From assembly GCA_963730935.1 (NCBI GenBank), contig CAVSTP010000003.1:704001-768000 (forward strand): 64,000 bases of DNA. The letters run 5' to 3'. The notes below the pieces were generated by a model, which was given only the letters and a program-made list of their open reading frames with translations, did not search any database and was not told the DNA's origin. The DNA comes from an uncultured Nitrospiraceae bacterium. Its GTDB lineage: Bacteria > Nitrospirota > Nitrospiria > Nitrospirales > Nitrospiraceae. This document shows positions 28,070 to 36,668 of this stretch, piece by piece. Made by a program: the position numbers and the translations under genes. Position 1 is the first letter of the stretch; each line of letters starts with the position of its first letter.

Positions 28070-29803
28070 ATGCCCGAACAACCTTGGTTGGTCCATTATC
28101 CTCAAGGAGTTCCCCAGGAGCTCTCCCTGCCTGGTGAGACGCTCACGGCGATGTTCTCCAGAAGCGCGCAACGATTTGCGCGCCGACCGGCCCTGTATTT
28201 TTTTGGCAAAACCCTCTCCTACCAAGAATGTCATGCACTGGTTGAGCGATTCGCCTGTGGCCTTGCGGCACGGGGCATTCGCAAGGGCGATCGCGTGGCG
28301 CTTTGCCTGCCGAATTCACCGCAGGCGGTGATTGCGTACTTTGGCATCTTGCGGGCAGGCGGCATCGTCGTCGCCTGCAACCCGACGTACACGGAATATG
28401 AGCTCGCCCATCAACTGCGCGACTCTGGAGCACGAGCCATTGTCGTGCTCGACTTGATGCATCAAAAAATTCAACACCTCAATTTGGAACTGGTCATCGT
28501 CACCCGGATCACCGATTTCATGACGACGATCGCGAAATATCTATATCGACATCGAAATGGTCACCATCCGTCTCCTGACATTCAACCGGACGAACGAACG
28601 CGTTTCTTCCATGATGTGCTCGATGAGGCGTCTCCTGTCGCGCCGGAGCAGCTTCCGGTCGCCTCGCCGGACGATATCGCATTGCTGCAGTACACCGGCG
28701 GCATCACAGGGATCTCAAAAGGGGCGATCTTGCTCCACCGGAATCTGACGGCGAATATACGGCAGCTGGTCAGTTGGTTTTCTCCCGCAGAGCGGGTGGA
28801 GAGTTTTCTTGCGGCGCTTCCGCTCTTTCACGTCTTTGGCATGACCGTCACGCAAAATATCTGCCTGGGGATCGGAGGATGCATGGTGTTGGTGCCCGAT
28901 CCCCGCAACATCCCCGTGCTGGTCACGTTGTTGCGCAAGAAGCAACCGACCGTGATCACGATCGTTCCGGCGTTCGTGCGAAAACTGCTTGAGCACTGTG
29001 ATGCAAAGGATTTTACGTCGACGCGGTTTGTGATCTGCGGCGGGGCGGCGTTGCCGTACGACCTGCTGAAGCAGTTCAAGGAGCGCACTGGGCATCTCAT
29101 CTGCGAGGGCTATGGTCTCTCCGAAGCCTCGCCCGTCACGCACTGCAATATTGCTCGTGGGCTCTCCGTCAAGCGGTCGATCGGACTGCCCATCGGCAAC
29201 ACCGAGGCGAAGATCATGGATGAGAAAGGCCAAGAGGTTGCGACCGGCGAAAGCGGGGAGCTCTGGGTGCGTGGCCCCCAAGTCATGGCCGGGTACTGGA
29301 ACAATCCTGTCGAGACCGCAAACGCCCTGAAACCCGGTGGCTGGCTCGCCACCGGCGACATCGCACGTATGGATCAAGACGGCTTCTTCTACATCGTCGA
29401 TCGGAAGAAGGACATGATCTTGTCGACCTCCGGATTGAATGTGTACCCGGCCGAAATCGAGCAGGTGCTCACGCTTCATCCTCATGTGCGTGAGGCAGCC
29501 GTCATCGGAGTGCGGGCCATGGATGGAGGCGAATCCATCAAGGCGTTCATCGTGCCGGCGAACGAGTCCGTCTCCGTGGATAACCTCACCGCGCATTGCC
29601 GGAGTCATTTGGCCTCATACAAGGTTCCGAAGAAGATTGAGTTCCGCACGGAACTGCCCAAATCAATTCTGGGCAAGACGCTCCATCGGGTCCTGCGCGC
29701 CGAGGAGGATGCGCGCCTTCAACTTGAACGATCTACAGACGGTGAGTCACAGCCGAAGAACCCATCGGCCGGAAATGTTGTTGGATGCAAGGCAGGTCAC
29801 TGA
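28070..29803 (+). CDS. fadD: Long-chain fatty acid-CoA ligase
   Basis: YTGGITGISKG, EGYGLSE, TGDI, DRKKD. Confidence 0.92.
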   Translation: MPEQPWLVHYPQGVPQELSLPGETLTAMFSRSAQRFARRPALYFFGKTLSYQECHALVERFACGLAARGIRKGDRVALCLPNSPQAVIAYFGILRAGGIVVACNPTYTEYELAHQLRDSGARAIVVLDLMHQKIQHLNLELVIVTRITDFMTTIAKYLYRHRNGHHPSPDIQPDERTRFFHDVLDEASPVAPEQLPVASPDDIALLQYTGGITGISKGAILLHRNLTANIRQLVSWFSPAERVESFLAALPLFHVFGMTVTQNICLGIGGCMVLVPDPRNIPVLVTLLRKKQPTVITIVPAFVRKLLEHCDAKDFTSTRFVICGGAALPYDLLKQFKERTGHLICEGYGLSEASPVTHCNIARGLSVKRSIGLPIGNTEAKIMDEKGQEVATGESGELWVRGPQVMAGYWNNPVETANALKPGGWLATGDIARMDQDGFFYIVDRKKDMILSTSGLNVYPAEIEQVLTLHPHVREAAVIGVRAMDGGESIKAFIVPANESVSVDNLTAHCRSHLASYKVPKKIEFRTELPKSILGKTLHRVLRAEEDARLQLERSTDGESQPKNPSAGNVVGCKAGH

Positions 29804-30908
29804 CGTGCCTCGCCAGCGCCAACGCAGCCGACAACCCGGGCGATTCAATGCCGACCAGATTGATGAGGAGGGGGGTCTCTCGGTCGACGGAGACAATAAA
29901 ATCGCTCTTTTTATGCTGGCCGATCATCACGCAGGGCCGGATGCCCGAATAGCCCCAGCGGAGATCAGACTCCTCCAGCACGGGAAGAAACCTCCGCAGA
30001 GCCTCGACGAAGAACCCCGGCGGCGTCTTTTGGGACAGATAGTCAGCTTTGTCCTTCACCGGTACCTCGTTAGGTCCCACGAACAATTGTCCATTCGGCC
30101 GGGGGCTGAAGTGGATACCTTTGCCGGTGGCTTTGGGCGGCAGGGCGGGGTACACGAGGCGTCGGATCAAGCGCGTCTTGGACGGATTGGCCAGCTCGTA
30201 GTACTCCCCTCGGACCGGGCGAATGCTATATTTACTATGGGAGAGTGCGAGGGCGGCGATCTCATCGGCATGGAGGCCTGCCGCATTGATCAGGCAGGCG
30301 ACTCGCAACTTTTGACGGTCGGTCGTAATGAGGAACTCGGTGCCTTCGTCTTCGATGCCGACGACCCGGTTATTGAACGCGAATTCGACCCCACTGGCTG
30401 CTGCGTCGTTTTTTAGTGATTGCACGAAGGCAGGCGAATCGATGACACACACACTTGGAATGACGATGCCACACGAGGCGCGAAGGTTCGGCTCGAGGGC
30501 CCGCAAGCCGGATGGCGTGACGAACGACATCCGGATATTCGATCTCCATGCGTTCAGCCACAGGCGTCGGAGCATGGACAGTTCACGCCAGAGACCTCGA
30601 CGGATATCCTCCCGCGAAATGGCGATGACCATGCCGCTGCGGAGGAGGGGGATGTTCTGTCGTGCCGCATATGCCACGGCCAAGGCGCTCCCTTCTCTTG
30701 CCAACCGCGCCTTGAGTGAACCCGGATGTTCGTGGATTCCGCTGTGCAGGACGCCGCTATTGCGTCCGCTGGTCTCCTCCGCCGTCCTCTCGTGTCGTTC
30801 CACCGTGATGATACGGAGTGGGCGCTGCCAGCGACGGCCTCCCAGTTCTCTGGCAATGGCGCATCCGACGACCCCCGCACCGACGATGCCGATGTCATAC
30901 GTCTTCAT
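29733..30908 (-). CDS. FAD-dependent oxidoreductase (LhgO/glycerol-3-P dehydrogenase-like)
   Basis: GAGVVG, TSGRNSGVLHSG, RGEY, GIESPGLSA. Confidence 0.88.
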   Translation of the reverse strand: MKTYDIGIVGAGVVGCAIARELGGRRWQRPLRIITVERHERTAEETSGRNSGVLHSGIHEHPGSLKARLAREGSALAVAYAARQNIPLLRSGMVIAISREDIRRGLWRELSMLRRLWLNAWRSNIRMSFVTPSGLRALEPNLRASCGIVIPSVCVIDSPAFVQSLKNDAAASGVEFAFNNRVVGIEDEGTEFLITTDRQKLRVACLINAAGLHADEIAALALSHSKYSIRPVRGEYYELANPSKTRLIRRLVYPALPPKATGKGIHFSPRPNGQLFVGPNEVPVKDKADYLSQKTPPGFFVEALRRFLPVLEESDLRWGYSGIRPCVMIGQHKKSDFIVSVDRETPLLINLVGIESPGLSAALALARHVSDLPCIQQHFRPMGSSAVTHRL

Positions 30909-30964
30909 CGCATTGGGTTCTCTCAGGCCGTTCACCGGTAAGATTCGTATCCAGGAGTCGTTGT

Positions 30965-32182
30965 ATGCCAGATAGCCCCTCGACCAAATACGGCAAAATC
31001 CTGTTCGTGTTTTGTGGGGGAGGGTGCAAGGCCATCCACCAAGCGGTTGCGGCCGCAGAGGTAGTCAATGCCGGCTTTACTCCCTCCCACATCATGAGTT
31101 CCTCGGCTGGCACATGCAACGCTCTCGGATTTGTCGAGAATCCCGGTCCCGTCGGAGCCGAGAAAACCATCCGCATCTGGGAAAACTATATCACTTCGCC
31201 CGAATCGATTTACGAGGTCCATCCCTTCCTCAGGGACAAATTGACGCGCCTCTTGGGAGTCGTGCCGGCGGCGACGCAAGATTGCGGACCTTCCGGATCG
31301 ATCCTCCACGACGTTCGGAGAGCCATCAAATTCCTGCCGTTGGTGCTCTCGTTCTGCGTGCGCATGCCATTGCGTGTGGCTGGCCGCACGGTCAGTTTCC
31401 TCTTTCGACTCATGGATACGTTCGAGGCCCAACATCAATCGTTCCGGAGACTTGTCCAAGCACCGGAGATTCTCGAAGCCTTCGATGAGGTGGATAAATA
31501 CTTTGAATTCAAACGGATGAAGGCTTTTCTCGACCCCTTCCCGCTCTTGGCCAGACTTGGCGAACAAATCGATCTGCAGAAGGTGCTCACCAGCTCCATT
31601 GTGTGGCACATCATTACCGAACGATATGAGGATGGAGCGACGGTGCTTTTTTCAAACAAGGATCCGGATCTCGTAATCGATGAACGCACAGACGCACGAA
31701 GTCAGAAGGCAAAATACGATACGTTCTATAAACGGATTCGCGCCTCTATGGCGTTGTATCCCCTGTTCGAGTTGGTTGAAATGGACGGCTTCCGGTATCT
31801 TGACGCCGATCTCGCGAATCCCCTCCCGGTAGAGGAGGCGTTCAACCTTGGATGTGACACGGTCTTCATCTTCCTCAATGTTCCGAAAAGGAGCGTGCGC
31901 GTCGATCCGCATCCATTGCGGGACCTTGTGGAGCTCAATGACCTGCTGCGATTGAATGAACGATACATCCATCACCGCCTTAAGGAAGCACAGGTGAGAG
32001 CCAAGGAAGTAGGGATCAATCTTTTCGTCATCCGTCCAGACGAGATTCCTGCGGGTCTCGGACTCTTAGAGATCGATGCCAAGGTGATCGAATTCGTCAA
32101 GGGGCAGGAACGAAAAAAGATGAAGGATTATCTCGCGGATTTGGAAGCACACAATCTTCGATTTGCACCGCCGCTAAGCTGA
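30965..32182 (+). CDS. Patatin-like phospholipase (variant motifs)
   Basis: CGGGCK, SSSAG, RASMA, YLDADL. Confidence 0.8.
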   Translation: MPDSPSTKYGKILFVFCGGGCKAIHQAVAAAEVVNAGFTPSHIMSSSAGTCNALGFVENPGPVGAEKTIRIWENYITSPESIYEVHPFLRDKLTRLLGVVPAATQDCGPSGSILHDVRRAIKFLPLVLSFCVRMPLRVAGRTVSFLFRLMDTFEAQHQSFRRLVQAPEILEAFDEVDKYFEFKRMKAFLDPFPLLARLGEQIDLQKVLTSSIVWHIITERYEDGATVLFSNKDPDLVIDERTDARSQKAKYDTFYKRIRASMALYPLFELVEMDGFRYLDADLANPLPVEEAFNLGCDTVFIFLNVPKRSVRVDPHPLRDLVELNDLLRLNERYIHHRLKEAQVRAKEVGINLFVIRPDEIPAGLGLLEIDAKVIEFVKGQERKKMKDYLADLEAHNLRFAPPLS

Positions 32183-32228
32183 TTCCTCTCTTCGCCATGT
32201 GCTCTTCGGGAGACAACACGGAACGCTC

Positions 32229-32909
32229 ATGCCTCGAGTGTTGAGAATCGGCCATCGCGGTGCTGCCGGACATGCGCCGGAGAATACCTTAGCCGCTGTT
32301 CGTAAGGGGATCGAACTCGACGTCGATTTCGTGGAGATCGACCTGCGTCAGACGGCAGACGGCGTCCTCGTTGTGCTTCATGATGCGACTGTCAATCGAA
32401 CCACCAACGGGAAAGGACGAGTCGATGCTCTATCCTTTGCCGAAGTCGGGGGGCTCGATACCGGGAACGGGGAGCGTATCCCGATGCTTGAAGAGGTGCT
32501 CAAGATGGCTGGAGGACACACAGGACTGATGTTGGAACTCAAGGTCGCTGGGCTGGCTCATCTGACTGTGGAAGCCGTGCAGAAGGCCCGATTGGACACT
32601 CCCGTCATCTATGCCTCGTTCTTACATGAGGAACTCACGCACGTTCGGGCGATCGAGACAGAGGCTGCGCTCATGGTCTTGTTCGATAGGCTGCCGCACG
32701 CTCCGGTGGACTATGCGATGCAATATCACCCGGCTTACGTCGGTCTTCGGCACGACAGAGCCACCGAACGGCTTGTCGACGCATTCCATCGAGAGCACGT
32801 GCTGGTGTGGGTCTACACCGCGAATAGCCTCGCTGAAATCACGCGTGCAATCTCTATCGGTGTTGACGGCGTGATCTCCAACTTTCCTGAGCGCATCCCC
32901 ACCCAGTAA
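32229..32909 (+). CDS. Glycerophosphodiester phosphodiesterase
   Basis: GHRGAAGHAPENT, HD, GVDGVISNFP. Confidence 0.93.
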   Translation: MPRVLRIGHRGAAGHAPENTLAAVRKGIELDVDFVEIDLRQTADGVLVVLHDATVNRTTNGKGRVDALSFAEVGGLDTGNGERIPMLEEVLKMAGGHTGLMLELKVAGLAHLTVEAVQKARLDTPVIYASFLHEELTHVRAIETEAALMVLFDRLPHAPVDYAMQYHPAYVGLRHDRATERLVDAFHREHVLVWVYTANSLAEITRAISIGVDGVISNFPERIPTQ

Positions 32910-33141
32910 CTGACTCAGACATGTCCGTGCTCTCTACGGACCATGGGCTGACGTCGGGTTCTATGCGCGAATCATTTGGCTCGAATGACTGCCAACTCGG
33001 TTGCCCATCTCAATAGTTACCGCTGTTCCGAGAAGGTCCTAGCTGGGCTGACCCTTGGTTGAGACGCTTTCGACCCTGGGCACGTGCGTTGACGCGCTAT
33101 AGAAGGATGGGCTAGGCTCCCTCTTCGCCTTTCCAGGAGAG

Positions 33142-33810
33142 ATGGTTATGAAACCTTGTAGGATTTCGCTTCTAACTTTCATGTTTGCCTGTTGTTTGGC
33201 AACCGGTGCCTGGACGGTCAAGGCGGCAGAGCCTTCCTTCGAACTAACCGCCCGCTATATTTTCGAGGTCGTCAAGGCGTTTCGAACGGCCTACGTGCTA
33301 AAAGTCGTCGAGCATGCCAGGGACGGTGGTGTTCGACCGAACGAGGAGTGGCAGAAGGATTCGCATTTCATTCCGTTACCGGCGCAGTTCGTCAAGGCGG
33401 CTGCCGATCAACTCGACAATTTCGAGATCGGCCTGATCGGGCTCACACCGGTCAATCAGGCCAATTTTCCAAAGACGCAGGCCGAGACAGACGCGCTTCT
33501 CCAGCTCATGAAAAATCGGGAGCGGTCGGTGACCTCCTTTGTTGACGGCGATCAATTCAAAGCCATTTCAGCAGACTTGGCGCTGGTGCAATCGTGCGTG
33601 GACTGTCACAACCACCACCCGAAAGCCACGCGACGGAATTTCCAACGATGGGATGTCATGGGGGGGCTCGTCGTGCGATTGAAACGCGAGGCACGCTCTG
33701 AAGGCTCAGAGATCGGTCCAGAGATCGGCCCAGAGCCTTCAAACCGTCCCATGGGCCCGATTGAGAGGATGACCCCTCCGATGACGACCCCGCCGCCCTG
33801 GGTTCGATAG
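33142..33810 (+). CDS. DUF3365/Tll0287-like c-type heme protein
   Basis: Signal peptide; CVDCH. Confidence 0.82.
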   Translation: MVMKPCRISLLTFMFACCLATGAWTVKAAEPSFELTARYIFEVVKAFRTAYVLKVVEHARDGGVRPNEEWQKDSHFIPLPAQFVKAAADQLDNFEIGLIGLTPVNQANFPKTQAETDALLQLMKNRERSVTSFVDGDQFKAISADLALVQSCVDCHNHHPKATRRNFQRWDVMGGLVVRLKREARSEGSEIGPEIGPEPSNRPMGPIERMTPPMTTPPPWVR

Positions 33811-34117
33811 GCGAGACCACCTCTTGACGCTCAACGCCAGGGGGGCGTAGGCTTCACCTAGTACTTTTGCCGCCTCGCAATCGAGGTCGCATTATGGTCC
33901 TCCGTGGTAGCCAGAACCGGCCGCGTGGACCTGCCAGGTGTTCGCCTCTCACCAGACGGGACCTACTCCCTCAGACTGTGCCATGTGAGCCATTACCGCG
34001 CTGTGGTGTTCCAGCCGCGGTTTCTCTCTCGCCAGCGTCATTTCACCATACATGTCCAAGTCGGCCGAAACTTCAGGCCATGGCCGCGGTTTTGCCCGAT
34101 GCGGAAAGGAGGTTCGT

Positions 34118-35065
34118 ATGCCCTATCGCTTCAACAGCGTAGACATCCTTGTGGGTGTCGGTCTGTGCGCGATCGTTTTTGGTGCGATGATACTTGTTGT
34201 AGCAACCAGCGGCGCGTTTCTCGTCAGCGGGCCGCAGTCAGCAGCGATAGATGAGGCACTCCCCTCAACAGAGGCAGCCTGGCTGCAGCCGGCCTTGGGG
34301 CAGGCCATTGTTGAGCGGGCGATACTGCAACAGCGTACGGACCAGATCACGGCATCAGCGACAGCTGAATGGAATCAGGCCATGATGGCGCACCGTAACC
34401 TGCAATCGATCCAGGGCGGCCCATTGGCCTTCGTGATGGACCGTGCAGCAAAGGTTCCCCAAGAGCATGACGCGAGGGTGCAAACAGTGATGGGACGGAC
34501 TATTGTGAATTTCACGCAGCGCGGGATTCGCAGTGGTGTGCTGTCGGCTGACTTGTATCTCTCGGATTACAATCAAGGCATGATTGCTGCCACTGAAATC
34601 CGTGGCCGGCGGATGCACGACGAGTTTGCGTCGACATGGCAATCAGTGCTCGGGCGATGGATTGTCGATGTGAGTCGCGAGTACATGCGCCGGACGGCCG
34701 AAGTTCAAGAGCAATTGGGGACCGCAATAGTGCATATGACACAGGCGAAAATGGGCTTGGAGGGTGCGTGGGCAACCAATCAGTACCAGCTGGGCAGCCT
34801 GATGGCTGCTGTCGACCGCACCCCCCCAATGGACGAGGGGGCGGCATTTCTCGCCTCAGGCGATGGCACGCGATCACAGTTCAGTACCTCCTTTAGACTG
34901 CCTTTGATTCCCGACATTCAGGTCGGTTATCTCCTTGCCGCTGCCATGCTGTTGTGCGGTGTTTTCTTCGGAGGCCTCGTCCTGTCTGCGGCATCGCGAG
35001 AGGCGAAAGCGCTCGCAGAATCGAGACGAAACGCCGGCAGATGGGTCTACCGCATGGCATCGTAA
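34118..35065 (+). CDS. Hypothetical membrane-anchored protein
   Basis: SD AAGGAGG; N- and C-terminal TMs. Confidence 0.8.
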   Translation: MPYRFNSVDILVGVGLCAIVFGAMILVVATSGAFLVSGPQSAAIDEALPSTEAAWLQPALGQAIVERAILQQRTDQITASATAEWNQAMMAHRNLQSIQGGPLAFVMDRAAKVPQEHDARVQTVMGRTIVNFTQRGIRSGVLSADLYLSDYNQGMIAATEIRGRRMHDEFASTWQSVLGRWIVDVSREYMRRTAEVQEQLGTAIVHMTQAKMGLEGAWATNQYQLGSLMAAVDRTPPMDEGAAFLASGDGTRSQFSTSFRLPLIPDIQVGYLLAAAMLLCGVFFGGLVLSAASREAKALAESRRNAGRWVYRMAS

Positions 35066-35301
35066 TAGGCCGGAAAGATCTTCTGCGGGCCATCGATGTG
35101 TGGCCCGCAGAAGAGTGATTGCGCCGCCCAACTTTCCCTGCTCCGCCCTTTCTCGCCGATACCCGAGATCTTGCATCCCCCTGCGTTCTCCACGAGAGGG
35201 GACACTGACCCCATCAATGCTCTTAGAGCCTCCGTCTAGAAACCTAGGATGTGATGAGGCTATGCTAGCCAGGCCGCAGCGTTCACCTAAGGAGATGTCA
35301 T

Positions 35302-35661
35302 ATGAAGGGTTACCCGTGGCTAAGCTTCGTCATCCAGTTGACGGTGTGTGTGACGGTGGCGGGAGCGGGAGCGGCTGAAGTGGTCACGCCCGTGGTCAAA
35401 TCGACCTGTATGATCTCCTGGGATCCGAGCGAGGATGATACGCGAATTATCGAATACCGCCTCACCGTCTGGATGGTAAACGGGCAGCGAGCTGCCGAGA
35501 AGACCACGCATGTCGTCAAGGCTCCGACGACGCAAGTCTCCTGCAAGGAGGTCGGAGCGACCAAAATCGGCCAATGGCAGGCAACGGTTCAGGCGTGCCT
35601 CAACGACGGTACGTGTAGTCAGGCGAGCAAACCCCTGTCGTTCAAGGTGGCCGAAAAGTAA
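35302..35661 (+). CDS. Secreted fibronectin-III-like small protein
   Basis: SD AAGGAG; ISWDP..Y..V.A..S.PL. Confidence 0.7.
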   Translation: MKGYPWLSFVIQLTVCVTVAGAGAAEVVTPVVKSTCMISWDPSEDDTRIIEYRLTVWMVNGQRAAEKTTHVVKAPTTQVSCKEVGATKIGQWQATVQACLNDGTCSQASKPLSFKVAEK

Positions 35662-35774
35662 ACGAGGTCGGGTTCGACTTCTGAGCCCTTACGTCGGCCT
35701 TCCAGCCCGTTCACAGCTTGTACAAATCTCAAAAATCGTTACCTGATCCATCGGTCCTTGTGTAGAGTAGGCCC

Positions 35775-36170
35775 ATGCAGGGCTCTCCGCTAGCGCCAGA
35801 GGTGTCGCGGCCTCCCACGCTCAATCGCTTCCGGCGTCACCCCCGTGTCCGCATCGAGACGCCGTTTGCATGCGCGCTCTCACCGCTGCGGTCTCGCCGT
35901 TGGCTGAGAAGGCCTCCAACGAATCTGGGCCTGGTATACGATCTCTCGGTGCGCGGCGCGCGCGTGTGTACGGAGGCCCCGTTTAAGCCGGGGGACGAGG
36001 TGACGGTGAGTATGCGATTGCCCAGGCAAATCCGTTCGGCTGAGATCGCCGTGGCGACCATCCGCTGGACCAAAGACCAGTTTTACGGACTGGCGTTTCG
36101 ACGCCTATCCTTCGACGCTCATGACCGGCTGAAGAAATTCGTTTCGATTGCATCACGATCGATGAGGTAG
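35775..36170 (+). CDS. PilZ domain protein
   Basis: RRHPR, DLSVRG. Confidence 0.88.
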   Translation: MQGSPLAPEVSRPPTLNRFRRHPRVRIETPFACALSPLRSRRWLRRPPTNLGLVYDLSVRGARVCTEAPFKPGDEVTVSMRLPRQIRSAEIAVATIRWTKDQFYGLAFRRLSFDAHDRLKKFVSIASRSMR

Positions 36171-36174
36171 CCTG

Positions 36175-36552
36175 ATGGAGGAAGTCGAACCACAACGCGA
36201 GGTGGGAGTAGATCTACGCCGGTATCCGAGGTATCGAGTGTCGGCTCCATTTCCCTGTGCGTTTTCCCTCTTGGGCCTGAAGCGCTGGACGGCCGTCGAC
36301 CGCAACGGCCTGGGCGTCGTCCTCGATGTCTCGCTGGGGGGTGCGAAGGTCATGAGCACAGCGGTGATGAACCCGGGAGACCACCTGGCCGTGAGCTTCC
36401 GAATGCCCGACCACGTGACGGCTCTGCAGCTGGATGCGAGGGTCAGGTGGATCAAGGATCAGCTCTTCGGGCTGGAGTTCCTCTCGATCCCTCTTCCGGT
36501 CGAAATGCGCCTCAAGAAGTTCCTTGCCCGCTCGTCGCAGCCCTCGGCCTGA
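36175..36552 (+). CDS. PilZ domain protein
   Basis: RRYPR, DVSLGG. Confidence 0.88.
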   Translation: MEEVEPQREVGVDLRRYPRYRVSAPFPCAFSLLGLKRWTAVDRNGLGVVLDVSLGGAKVMSTAVMNPGDHLAVSFRMPDHVTALQLDARVRWIKDQLFGLEFLSIPLPVEMRLKKFLARSSQPSA

Positions 36553-36640
36553 CGCCACGACGTCTTCGCCGGTCTGGTCCCCATACTGAAATCGACACAT
36601 CCGTTTACTTGAGAATTCGACTCGAGGGCAGAGGAGGGGA

Positions 36641-36667
36641 AGGATCCCGACGGAATGCCGGGATCCT
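36641..36667. terminator. Hairpin between convergent genes
   Basis: AGGATCCCG/CGGGATCCT. Confidence 0.6.
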
Positions 36668-36668
36668 G

